Source of the DNA: a virus
Taxonomy: Duplodnaviria; Caudoviricetes
Reading direction: 5' to 3' (one strand)
DNA length: 53,369 nt
Virus record (IMG/VR): IMGVR_UViG_3300037706_000057
Location: 1 to 53,369 of that record
The position numbers and the translations under genes were made by a program. Positions 18,814-27,864 of this stretch are shown here, piece by piece (position 1 is the first letter of the stretch; every line of letters starts with the position of its first letter). The notes below the pieces were generated by a model. That model had not been told where the DNA came from and made no database searches. It saw only the letters and a program-made list of their open reading frames with translations.

Positions 18814-19128
18814 CTACCGCAGCGCCTCGACCGGCGGCGCGAACTCCCGGAAGTTCACGGCAGGGTCCACAGTCTGGGCGCCCAGGTAGACCTGCCGCAG
18901 CAGCTCGTACCGGTTGCTCACCGTCCCGACGAGGTTCGCGTCGGGTGCGTTGACCGTGTCGGTCGGGTCAAAGTCGAAGTTGGCAACCAGCCCGGCCACG
19001 CCCTCGGCCTGAAAGAAGGCGTTGAACTGTTCGATCTCATCGAACACTTCCCGGAGCCGCACCGAGATCCCGCCGATCCTCGTGTTGATCTGGTCCTTCG
19101 TGAGCAGCGCCTTGAATCCAGCGGCCAC
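18814..19128 (-). CDS. Hypothetical virion-region protein
   Basis: AAGGAGGA SD + GTG. Confidence 0.75.
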   Translation of the reverse strand: MAAGFKALLTKDQINTRIGGISVRLREVFDEIEQFNAFFQAEGVAGLVANFDFDPTDTVNAPDANLVGTVSNRYELLRQVYLGAQTVDPAVNFREFAPPVEALR

Positions 19129-19137
19129 GGTTCCTCC

Positions 19138-19644
19138 TTAGGTGACGGTGATCGGCGCGGCGGTGAAACCCGCCGACACCCACGAATGCGAATGGTCATA
19201 CCTGCGGTGATGCGAGACGCACAGCACCAGATAATCCCGCTCATCCACAGAGAAGAGGAGCCTTGCTCTGCTATCAAGCCGAAGCCGGGCTTCATTGGTC
19301 GCATGATTGAGAGCTATCTCTAAACGACCTTGGCACGAGCCATCCTGGCTGGCGCACGGTCGGCCAGCCAGGACTTTCTGATGCCGTTTGTGCGCGCCTT
19401 GATAGCTGACATCATCGCCGCTCCAGCTGGGGCCGTTCTCGCGAGCCTGCCCAGGCCGCCGACTCGGATCGCCATAGAGGCGCCACCGCCGCCAATGCAT
19501 CGGACACCAGCCCCGCGAGATCTCCGGTGTCTCGCATCCCTGGATAGTGCACACGCGGCCGTGTGCATCGGCACGGTGCCTTCGTAGGTCGGCCTGCCCG
19601 GCACTCCGGTAGCCACAATCCGGGCAGCGTGTAAGTTGGGCCAC
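19138..19644 (-). CDS. HNH-like endonuclease with C2H2 and C-x4-C Zn-finger N-terminal domains
   Basis: CPDC...HRADAH, CTIQGC...GWCPMHWRRW, YQGAHKR...YLVLCVSHHRRYD. AGGAGG SD. Appears lower in GC. Confidence 0.75.
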   Translation of the reverse strand: MAQLTRCPDCGYRSAGQADLRRHRADAHGRVCTIQGCETPEISRGWCPMHWRRWRLYGDPSRRPGQARENGPSWSGDDVSYQGAHKRHQKVLAGRPCASQDGSCQGRLEIALNHATNEARLRLDSRARLLFSVDERDYLVLCVSHHRRYDHSHSWVSAGFTAAPITVT

Positions 19645-19719
19645 GTCAACCTCCTGGTTAGGTTGGCCAAGCCCCGGGCTGTCTCCGCAGCGCCGGGGCA
19701 CCTGCATCGTGATATCCGC

Positions 19720-20052
19720 CTAGGTCACCGTGATCGGCGCGGCGGTGAGGTCGATTTCGCCTGCAGAATTGAAGGTCGGGTCTCCCGAAAGCGGCCGCGC
19801 GAACCGGAACGCCCCGGCGGTCTCGTCGTCGAACACCAGCAGGTGAGACGCAGTCGCCGAGCCGGCGCCGGTGAACGACAGGGTCGCGTTCAGCGCGGCA
19901 ACCCCACCGGACGCGGCGTTGTACGTCGGTGCCAGCCGCTCGTTGGACACCTGGTCACCGCCCGTGTCGCCATCGCCGATGGCATACCAGGCGGACTCCA
20001 GGTTCAGCCCAGCCGCATCGGCTAAGACGTTCAGCAGAATCGGATCAGACAT
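19720..20052 (-). CDS. Small virion structural protein
   Basis: AGGAG SD, Ala/Gly/Thr-rich beta protein in the head accessory cluster. Confidence 0.7.
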   Translation of the reverse strand: MSDPILLNVLADAAGLNLESAWYAIGDGDTGGDQVSNERLAPTYNAASGGVAALNATLSFTGAGSATASHLLVFDDETAGAFRFARPLSGDPTFNSAGEIDLTAAPITVT

Positions 20053-20055
20053 GTT

Positions 20056-20574
20056 CTACTCCTGGGTTGAGACACACAGGGCGTGAGCCGTGGCCGTGAT
20101 CGACGTCGATCCGTGGTTAATGACGTCGATGGTCCACCGGTCGGTGCTGTTGTTCCCGAATGGAGGCGCTAGGCCCGGGGCAGAAGTCCCGATTGTGGCG
20201 CTGCCGGTAGCAGTCGGAAGCCCAGACAGCGAGTGACCACCGCTGATCAGCCGGGTTCCGGTTGGGCAATGAGCTATGCGGGTCTCCCTGGCGCCGGCCG
20301 GGATGACCACCTCGCTGGTGACAACCTGAGGCTCAGCGACACCCGGGCCGGGAGGGCCAGCTTGACTCCAGACGACCTCGGTCTCGGTCCCGCTACAGAC
20401 GGCGCCCGCTTCGGCGTCGATGACCCGGAGCGACCCGTTGGCGTTGCTGTAGCAGCCCGTGATTTCCCCGGTGGTCGAGTCTGGGATGGACGCCCAAGAC
20501 AGGCCGCCAACCAGTACCACCATAAGGACCGTCGCGACCGCGATCGCTGTAGCGCGCAGCCTTGTGTCACTCAC
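20056..20574 (-). CDS. Secreted/exported protein
   Basis: Signal-like N-terminus ending SWA|SIPD, then GCY...LRVID...C...WSQAGPPGP. Confidence 0.7.
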   Translation of the reverse strand: MSDTRLRATAIAVATVLMVVLVGGLSWASIPDSTTGEITGCYSNANGSLRVIDAEAGAVCSGTETEVVWSQAGPPGPGVAEPQVVTSEVVIPAGARETRIAHCPTGTRLISGGHSLSGLPTATGSATIGTSAPGLAPPFGNNSTDRWTIDVINHGSTSITATAHALCVSTQE

Positions 20575-20683
20575 AGGTCTCCTCCTCAGGCTCGGGCTGG
20601 TCGGTGGGCTCCGGCTCCGGCTCCGGCTCGCCCACCCCAGCCAGCGACAGGTCAATCCGCGCGGTCACCTTCGCCGGCTCCAT
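20567..20683 (-). CDS. Small acidic Glu-Pro repeat protein, 38 aa
   Basis: TGATG coupling, EPEPEPEP. Confidence 0.45.
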   Translation of the reverse strand: MEPAKVTARIDLSLAGVGEPEPEPEPTDQPEPEEETCE

Positions 20684-20994
20684 CACTGACCCCCATGCGC
20701 CCGGGAGTACGCGGTCAGCACGTCGTCCGGGATCTTCCCCCGAGCTGACACCTCGTAGCCGGCACGCGCCGCCCACTCCCGCACCGTGGCGTTGTCGGCG
20801 GTCACCCGAGGGACAGCGCTGCGGCCCTCCGGCGCCCGCACGCGCGCCTCCGGCTCATCGGCGGCGGCAGCCTTACGCACCCCGGCCGCCGCCAGCACCT
20901 TCTCCGCCGCGCGGACCCGGTCACGCTGGCCGTACGCCTTCGCGTTCGCCAGCTCCCCCCGGGCCTGCACGATGTGCGTCGGTTCCTTGCCCAT
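20683..20994 (-). CDS. Protein with Lsr2 C-terminal DNA-binding domain
   Basis: NATVREWAARAGYEVSARGKIPDDVLTAY. Confidence 0.85.
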   Translation of the reverse strand: MGKEPTHIVQARGELANAKAYGQRDRVRAAEKVLAAAGVRKAAAADEPEARVRAPEGRSAVPRVTADNATVREWAARAGYEVSARGKIPDDVLTAYSRAHGGQ

Positions 20995-21002
20995 CGGTCC
21001 TC

Positions 21003-21326
21003 CTACGTGAACTCGTAGCCGTCGGTCTCGGTGACCGCACCGCCGGGTGTCACCACCACCACATCGACGGTCGCGGCGCTGTGCGCGGGACTGGTCACCG
21101 CCACCTCGCCGTCACTGACCACCGACAGCGCCGTACCCGGAACACCGTCGAACAGCACCGCCACCGCACCCGACAGGCCGGTACCGGTCAGGGCGATCGC
21201 CGTACCGCCCGCGGCGGCACCGGTCGCCGGGTCAAGCTCGGTCACCGTCGGCGCCGGATACGCCGGTGAGGTCGTGGTCGCCGCCCTGACGACCTTGCCC
21301 AGGGTGATAGCTCGCTGGTCTGGCAT
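21003..21326 (-). CDS. IPT/TIG (Ig-like) domain protein, probable capsid decoration
   Basis: PTVTELDPATGAAAGGTAIALTGTGLSG...VDVVVVTPGG. Confidence 0.85.
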   Translation of the reverse strand: MPDQRAITLGKVVRAATTTSPAYPAPTVTELDPATGAAAGGTAIALTGTGLSGAVAVLFDGVPGTALSVVSDGEVAVTSPAHSAATVDVVVVTPGGAVTETDGYEFT

Positions 21327-21362
21327 GGCTTAGGGCCTCCTGAATGGACTGGGGGGGTCGGC

Positions 21363-21395
21363 TGAGGCCGAGGGGCATGCAACCCCTCGGCCTCA
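21363..21395 (-). terminator. Hairpin after the major capsid gene
   Basis: Perfect 13-bp IR TGAGGCCGAGGGG/CCCCTCGGCCTCA. Confidence 0.7.
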
Positions 21396-21407
21396 CTCCG
21401 ATCTAGG

Positions 21408-22847
21408 TCAGGTTTCGACGCCCTGGAACACCGGCGTGGTCAGCCCGCTGCCGACGATCTGCTGGTGCGAGTTGGCGTACCGCCTCATGGTGTAGGCGAA
21501 GTAACCGAACAGCACCAGCAGCACACCGAGGTTGGCTGCCTTGGCCTGCTCGGCGCGGATGAACTGGGGCGCGTCCGGGTCCTCCCACAGGAACGACTCG
21601 TCACGTGGCACCACCACCACCGTGTCCTGGGTGGAGCTGATGTTGATCGGGATGTTGTTGTCCACGATCACCCGCATTCCCGACGGCAGGATTCCGCGGA
21701 AGCCGGAGCCGTACGTCTCGGCCAGGTTCTCCCCGCCGTGGCGGGGGTCGATGGCCGGCTGCCCGATCAGCGGCCAGGTCGACACCATCTGCGACTGCAG
21801 CCAGTACCACCGCCGCGAGTGCATGACCACCACATCCGGGTCGGCCTGCCCAAGCAGCGCAGCCTCCGACGCCGCCGCACCCTGCAGGATCTTCGGGTAC
21901 AAGTCGGCACCGGTCGGTGCCGCGTCGGTGTACGTGATGTCAGTCGCCACTGCCAGCAGACCGGTTGTCGCCTGGTTGATGATCGTGCTGTCCAGGTTCG
22001 TCGCGTACCGGCGCTGCAGGTCCCGCATGGTGACCTCTTCGATGCCGGTGCCCCGGTCGATCGCCTGCCGGCTGACCGTCTGCTGACCGGCTGCGGTCTG
22101 CACGTTCTCAGTCAGCAGCGTGTCGTCCATGTCGGTCTCGCTCACCGCGTCGTTCTCGTTGGCCTGGAGGGCCGCCGAGCTGGGCGTGGTGATCCGGCTG
22201 ATGTTCACGGTCATCCCACTTGCCGGCAGCGGCAGCGAGGTCATCGCGTCCGCGAACGGCCGCCGAGCCGCGACCGCCGGCGCGAACATTTCGGTCAGGT
22301 ACTGGGGCACGGTGAGGCCGGCGAACGCGCCGGTGCCGGTCGCACGCTCCAGGTACTGCCCGCGCTCGACCCGCTCCTCGGACATGTGCCGGGCCAGCCG
22401 CACCTGTGCACTCGGGTCCTGGTACAGGAAGTTCCGGGTCACGTCCATCAGGAACTCCCGGCCACCCCGGCAGTTGCCCTTGTGATACGTCCGCTCCTCC
22501 GACCCCACCCGGGCGACCCGGTCGTATGCCGGCCGCGCGCCCGCCGTGGTCTTCGGGTCCGCGGTCCGCTCCTGCAGCCCGGCCTCGATCTCCCGCTCGG
22601 CCTCCTGGGCCTCCCGGGCGATGGCCAGCTTCGACTTGATGCCGACCAGATCCTGCTTTGCCTGGTCGCGCCGCCGCTGCGCGGCCTTGATGTCCGAGTC
22701 CTCTTCCTGGGTCAGGTTCGCCCGCCCGTCGGACGAGGCACGGTCGAGGATGCTCTTGATCTCGGCAGCCGCACGCTCGCGCCGCTTGATCGCCTGCTCT
22801 TCCTCCACCTCGATGGACAGAATGGCCTCTTCGATTGTCCTAGCCAT
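21408..22847 (-). CDS. Major capsid protein (HK97 fold, coiled-coil delta domain)
   Basis: Helical N-terminus, GLTVPQYL motif, follows the protease. Confidence 0.92.
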   Translation of the reverse strand: MARTIEEAILSIEVEEEQAIKRRERAAAEIKSILDRASSDGRANLTQEEDSDIKAAQRRRDQAKQDLVGIKSKLAIAREAQEAEREIEAGLQERTADPKTTAGARPAYDRVARVGSEERTYHKGNCRGGREFLMDVTRNFLYQDPSAQVRLARHMSEERVERGQYLERATGTGAFAGLTVPQYLTEMFAPAVAARRPFADAMTSLPLPASGMTVNISRITTPSSAALQANENDAVSETDMDDTLLTENVQTAAGQQTVSRQAIDRGTGIEEVTMRDLQRRYATNLDSTIINQATTGLLAVATDITYTDAAPTGADLYPKILQGAAASEAALLGQADPDVVVMHSRRWYWLQSQMVSTWPLIGQPAIDPRHGGENLAETYGSGFRGILPSGMRVIVDNNIPINISSTQDTVVVVPRDESFLWEDPDAPQFIRAEQAKAANLGVLLVLFGYFAYTMRRYANSHQQIVGSGLTTPVFQGVET

Positions 22848-23025
22848 GATCGGTCTCCTACAGAGTCAGCTTGTCGGCTGCTCCGCGCCCGCCGCGCGCC
22901 GCCGATGTGACTGCTGGCATGCGCTTTCGGCGGATGGGCCACCGATCTGAGTGTCGGCTCGCTGTCCGCGGTGCTGGTAAAGGTCCGGTCTGAATGCCGG
23001 TACTGCCTGCCGGTCTGACTGCCGG

Positions 23026-24651
23026 TCAGTCGTCTTCCATCTCCAGCAGCGCCCGAACGTGGGCGATGCTGCGGCCCTTCGGCTGTTCCGGGGCCGGCGG
23101 CTCCAGTTCGGCCGCCACGTCCACGATCTTAGTCCCGGCCACGTCGGAGCGGGCCTGCAGACGGGCCACCGCCGCCCGGGCGGCACCGGCCGGCAGGTGG
23201 TCCAGGTCGGACAGCACCTCCCGGGAGCGCGCGCTGACGTCGGTGTACGGGTTCGCGCCGTAGTTCACCGCACTGACGTCGCCACGGTCGATGTCCACCT
23301 CACTGATTCGGAACTCGCTGAAGTCCTCATTCCAGCGACCGGCACCATCGGCGAGCATGAAAGCAAAGGACATCTCGGTGACGTCCTTGTCCTCCACCGC
23401 AGTGACCAGGTCCGAGACGTCCTGACGCTTCGGGTTCAGCCAGGCGTCCGTCTTCAGCCCGGGGTCGTCCATCTCCAGCCGCAGCGTGTCGTTCGTGGTC
23501 CGCGCCATCGTCACGCCCCGGTGGTTGACCAGGAACGCCACGTCCGGGCCGGCCGCCAGCGTCCGGTCGAACGCCCCGCGCTCGATGATCTCCATGTACG
23601 GGCCGAAGCTGTCCCACATCTCGTAGGGCTGCTCGACCACGCTCGCGTGACCCTCCAGGTGGTAGCGCCGCTGGCCGTTGTGCTCCACCAGCTCCGCGCG
23701 CATCCGGGCCGGGAACCCGGCCATCCGCGACGCGCCCACACCCACCGGCGCCGCCCGCCGGGCCACCCGCCCCGACCGGTCACCGACCGCCTCCGTACGC
23801 GCGGCGGCTGCCTGCCGCCGCTCCGCGTCGCTGCTGGCCCGCGCCATCATCACCGGCATGGCCCCCTCCGTCCGCTTCTCAGGCCTGGCCGCGGTCCGCC
23901 GCCGCGGAGCCGGCGCGGCACGCCGACCGGCATAGCGGAAGTCCCGCAGCTCGTGCCGGTGACCCATCCGCTCCTCAAGCTCCACATCCGGCGCCGGCTC
24001 GTCCTCCACCACCGCATCGGCCAGCCCGAACTCCACCGCCTCGTGGTCGAACATCCACGTCTCGGCCAGCATCAGCTCACGCCAGTCCGCATTCGTCCCG
24101 CCGGCCCGACGGCGGTAGATCCCGGCGATGTTGTCGCTCTGCCGGTCCAGGAACGTGGACATCTTCGCCATGTCGGCGGCCTGACCACGCTCCACCCCCA
24201 GCGCGTCGTGGATCATCATCTGACTGCCCGGGTGCATCCGCACCTCGTCACCGGCCATCGCGATCACGCTGGCGATGCTGGCGGCCAGCGAGTCCACCGA
24301 CACCACGATCCGCGCCGGGTGCTGCCGCAGGCTGTTGTAGATGGCGATCCCGTCGAACACCGACCCGCCCGGCGAGTTGACCCGCACCAGGATCTCCCGG
24401 GCCTGGATCTCGTCAAGGTCTCGGGCGAACTGCTCCGCCTCCACCCCGAACGACCCGCCGACCTCGTCGTAGATCCACACCGTGGCCGGCCCGTCATCGC
24501 CCTCGGCCTGGTTGCGGATCGCATACCACGGCAGCCGCACCTGTCCCAGCTGGGCCACGCTCAGGCCCTCCCGCTGGGCCCGGGCGATGATCCGCGCCGC
24601 GGTCCGGTCCTTCAGCCCCTGCAGCCGGCGAACGTGGATGCTCTCGGTCAC
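23026..24651 (-). CDS. Head maturation protease: ClpP-like (S14) domain fused to HK97-type (S78) domain
   Basis: N-terminal NSPGGSVFDGIAIYN, LAASIASVI, MMIHDA. C-terminal EIIERGAF, FLVNH, EMSFAF, DVSAVNYGANP. Confidence 0.9.
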   Translation of the reverse strand: MTESIHVRRLQGLKDRTAARIIARAQREGLSVAQLGQVRLPWYAIRNQAEGDDGPATVWIYDEVGGSFGVEAEQFARDLDEIQAREILVRVNSPGGSVFDGIAIYNSLRQHPARIVVSVDSLAASIASVIAMAGDEVRMHPGSQMMIHDALGVERGQAADMAKMSTFLDRQSDNIAGIYRRRAGGTNADWRELMLAETWMFDHEAVEFGLADAVVEDEPAPDVELEERMGHRHELRDFRYAGRRAAPAPRRRTAARPEKRTEGAMPVMMARASSDAERRQAAAARTEAVGDRSGRVARRAAPVGVGASRMAGFPARMRAELVEHNGQRRYHLEGHASVVEQPYEMWDSFGPYMEIIERGAFDRTLAAGPDVAFLVNHRGVTMARTTNDTLRLEMDDPGLKTDAWLNPKRQDVSDLVTAVEDKDVTEMSFAFMLADGAGRWNEDFSEFRISEVDIDRGDVSAVNYGANPYTDVSARSREVLSDLDHLPAGAARAAVARLQARSDVAGTKIVDVAAELEPPAPEQPKGRSIAHVRALLEMEDD

Positions 24652-25926
24652 TCAGCTCACATCCTCGAATCGTGGCGGCCGTGGCGCCGGCACAGCCGAC
24701 CAGGGTGACACCCGCTCCCACCGCTCCGGCTCCGCACGCTCATCCCGGACCGTCGTCTCCGCGGACGCCCGCGGCACACCGAACAGGCGCACAAACTCCT
24801 CCTCCTGCTCAGGCGTCAACGGAGGCCGGTTGTCCAACTCCCGCGCCTCGGTCACCGTCATCCGACGGTGCTCGATCGCCTCGTCCATCATCTGAGCGCG
24901 CTTCTCCGGGTCCATCCGCAACAGCGCGTCGGTGTTCAGCTTGACGAACCGGGGCGCGCTCAGCAGCTTGGTCAGGTTCTTCTCGCGCCGGTTGACCGCC
25001 GGGCCAAGGTGCAGGATCAGGAAGTCGAGATGCCGGCTGGTGATGTTCTCGTACCGGACGCTGCCGCCGGCGCTGACCGCCGCCTCGACCATGTCAGCCG
25101 GCACACCCAGGAACCGGCAGATGTCGGCCAGGCCGTACTTCCGGCCCTCCAACCACTCCATGCCCATCTTCTCGGCCTGCAGCGGGTTGTAGTCCCAGTC
25201 CCGGCCGGTGACCAGCAGATCGCCGTGGTCCAGCGTCTCCCGGTACCGCTGTTTCAGCGCCGCCGCCTCACCCGGCTGGAGAGTCCGGGCGGTGTTCTTC
25301 GCATGGGCCTTGGGAACCGCGCCGCCGCCGAACCAGTCCAGGGCGAACTGCTGCGCGGACAGGTACTCCGACACCGACCAGGCCGCGTACGCGATCGGCG
25401 ACAGGCCCACCGGCAGACCAGCCACGACGTACTGCCGCTCATGCCACACCTGATCGGCGGTGTATTCCTTACCCTTCACCCGGTAACGCAGCTCCCCGGA
25501 CTTGGCGACCTCCCGCACCGTCCAGTCACCCAGACCCTGCAGATCGATCCGCGCCGGCTTGCCATTCCCGTCCCAGTCGGTGATCAGCCCGAGCACGTTG
25601 CCGGCCCGGTCCAGGTCCACCTGGCTGGCATACATCCAGTCCTGGTAGTCCCACCGCTCACCACCCGGATCGACCAACACCGGCGGCTTGGGCACCTCCA
25701 CCGGCCGCAGCCCCTTGACCCGCCGGAACGTGTCGCACGGGAACGTCGAGACCAGGTCGGCGCGGATGCGCAGGCACGCCCACACCGCCGAGTGGCGCAT
25801 CGCCGAGTCCGACGTCACCGCCACCACGCCCCGGCGGTCTGACGACGACGGCCGCCGCGGGATGTCCCCGTCAAACGTCGGACCGTCGATCTTCGACGTA
25901 CGGCGGTGGCGGGAGAACAGGCTCAC
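24652..25926 (-). CDS. Portal protein (HK97 family)
   Basis: SAVWACLRIRAD, GLSPIAYA, ICRFLGVP, TVTEARELDNRPP. Confidence 0.95.
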   Translation of the reverse strand: MSLFSRHRRTSKIDGPTFDGDIPRRPSSSDRRGVVAVTSDSAMRHSAVWACLRIRADLVSTFPCDTFRRVKGLRPVEVPKPPVLVDPGGERWDYQDWMYASQVDLDRAGNVLGLITDWDGNGKPARIDLQGLGDWTVREVAKSGELRYRVKGKEYTADQVWHERQYVVAGLPVGLSPIAYAAWSVSEYLSAQQFALDWFGGGAVPKAHAKNTARTLQPGEAAALKQRYRETLDHGDLLVTGRDWDYNPLQAEKMGMEWLEGRKYGLADICRFLGVPADMVEAAVSAGGSVRYENITSRHLDFLILHLGPAVNRREKNLTKLLSAPRFVKLNTDALLRMDPEKRAQMMDEAIEHRRMTVTEARELDNRPPLTPEQEEEFVRLFGVPRASAETTVRDERAEPERWERVSPWSAVPAPRPPRFEDVS

Positions 25927-26111
25927 CGTCCACCACCACCCATCCGCTCAGCCAACGCCGAACCGGCCAGCAACACACCGCCGGCCACCGCCAGACCCCA
26001 CCAGCCCAGCCACGCAGCCACCCCGGCACCGACACCGGCAGCCACCGCCAGCAGGCCCAGCGCGTCGAGCGTGTCGGTGATCGCGTCCTTGATCAGCTCA
26101 CGCATGGTCAC
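25923..26111 (-). CDS. Small membrane protein before portal
   Basis: Two hydrophobic segments, GTGA overlap with portal. Confidence 0.7.
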   Translation of the reverse strand: MTMRELIKDAITDTLDALGLLAVAAGVGAGVAAWLGWWGLAVAGGVLLAGSALAERMGGGGR

Positions 26112-26295
26112 ACCAGAAGCAGGCGTGAACCTCGTGGTCCGTGCCGATCCGGTTACAGTGCCGCCGGTGCCCGTCGCACACCCACGTCACACACTCCTCG
26201 GGATACCCCTGGGCGATCAACGCCAGGTCGATCCGCTTGGTCAGCGTCTCAGCGTGTCCATCGACCAGGACAAGGTTTCCGTCGCCCATGGCCAT
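26098..26295 (-). CDS. Small Cys/His-rich hypothetical protein
   Basis: GAGGAG SD. Confidence 0.55.
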   Translation of the reverse strand: MAMGDGNLVLVDGHAETLTKRIDLALIAQGYPEECVTWVCDGHRRHCNRIGTDHEVHACFWCDHA

Positions 26296-26304
26296 CGACT
26301 CTCC

Positions 26305-27864
26305 TCAGTAGAAGCTCTGCAGCACGTCATAATCGGCCTCGGCCACCAGCTCACCCCACGCGCCGTGAAGCCACCGCGCCAACGTCAACGACACAATCGG
26401 ACCGATCTGACCACCCGACACCCGCGGCGACCACGCCACAGTGTCAGCACCCTGCCGCACCTGACCCACCGCCGCCGAATCATCCAGCGGCTTGGACGGC
26501 CGCACCCGCAGCGAACACTGCTTCACCGCGTCGATCATCTGCCCGCACGCCGCCGCCATCGTCATCGGAGTCATCACCGCCACATCACCCCGACACGGCT
26601 CCTCCGGCACCTCCGGCACCGACAGGCCGACATCGGCCAGGTCATCCCGCAGACTCTCGTAGGTGCCACGGCCCAACGCCACCCCGATCGGGTCCAACGC
26701 CTCCCGCAGCTCCGCCAGCCGCCCCGGAAGCCAATCCACACCCGGCCGGTAATCCACCAGATGCCCATGACCCAGCCCGTCGGCGCGCAGCCCGAACACC
26801 GCCACCGAACCGAACTCACGCAGCGGATCCACATCCGCGCCGATGGCCACGTCACCCACCCGGGCCGAACCCGGGTCCTGCAACGCCCGCCACTGCGCCT
26901 CTGTGATCACACCCTGCAGCATCCGCGAAGTCTTCCGGTTTCCGTACGCCCGCGCGAACTCCGCCGGCTCCATCGCCGCCCGCTCCGAGCGGATCGCGTC
27001 CATCGTCACCGTGTGCCGCCACCGCTGCCCCGCCGGAGCGCACCGGCACGGCGGATCGGGGCACAGCGCCGGCATGAACCCGAAGTACGAAGCCTCATCC
27101 GCCGGGTCCCACTTGTCCGGCGCCGACCACTCAAAGTACGCCACGCCCGAGCCGACATCAGCCACCGTCGCCGCGCGGCCCGCCTCCACCTTCCGGTTAA
27201 GGATCACACTCGCGTCCGTGCCGGCCGTTGAGCAAACCAGCAACTGGGCATCCGGAACCGTGATCATCGCCGGCCGCAGACCCTGCTCCCGCCGCTCATC
27301 CGCGTCATGCCAGATCTCATCCATCACCGCCTGGTGGATGGACTTCGAGTGGCCCGAGCTCGCCGAGGTCGACAACAGCCGGATCAACGACCCGGTGGCC
27401 CAACGGACCGACTCGTTACCCATCCCCTCGTTGATCTCCAACCGCTTACCCTTGCGGGAGACCAGCCGGGCGATCGCCGAGTTACGGATCAGCGGAAACA
27501 GCTCATCCAGCCACTTGTCCCGGGCGTCCTTACCCGACTGGGCGGTAAACACCGACCGCTGCGGATGCGACCAGCGCGCCGAGTTGCACCGGTTGATCTG
27601 CCACGACAGGAACAGGGTCGTCTTCCCCTGCTGCCTAGGTACTGTGACGACCACCTCACGGTAGGCCGGCAACCCGGTCGCCGGGTCGACCTCACACCCG
27701 ACATCGGCCACATACCGCTGCCACGGCATGAACGGCTGAGCCAGCCGGTCGGCAACCGCCGCCAGCTCGTGGCCGAACGTCGCCCGCTCAGGCCGGCGGC
27801 GTGTCGAGAACCGGGGCGGACAACTCAGCGATGAGGCGGTCTGCCTCGCCAGAATCGCCGTCAT
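26305..27864 (-). CDS. Terminase large subunit
   Basis: MPWQ adenine motif, Walker A VPRQQGKT, Walker B AVMDE, coupling motif STAG. Confidence 0.95.
   Translation of the reverse strand: MTAILARQTASSLSCPPRFSTRRRPERATFGHELAAVADRLAQPFMPWQRYVADVGCEVDPATGLPAYREVVVTVPRQQGKTTLFLSWQINRCNSARWSHPQRSVFTAQSGKDARDKWLDELFPLIRNSAIARLVSRKGKRLEINEGMGNESVRWATGSLIRLLSTSASSGHSKSIHQAVMDEIWHDADERREQGLRPAMITVPDAQLLVCSTAGTDASVILNRKVEAGRAATVADVGSGVAYFEWSAPDKWDPADEASYFGFMPALCPDPPCRCAPAGQRWRHTVTMDAIRSERAAMEPAEFARAYGNRKTSRMLQGVITEAQWRALQDPGSARVGDVAIGADVDPLREFGSVAVFGLRADGLGHGHLVDYRPGVDWLPGRLAELREALDPIGVALGRGTYESLRDDLADVGLSVPEVPEEPCRGDVAVMTPMTMAAACGQMIDAVKQCSLRVRPSKPLDDSAAVGQVRQGADTVAWSPRVSGGQIGPIVSLTLARWLHGAWGELVAEADYDVLQSFY

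Noticed and set aside
19138-19748. Group I intron in the 19720-20052 gene
   Set aside because: The upstream gene already has a complete end and stop, and there is too little non-coding sequence for an intron core.
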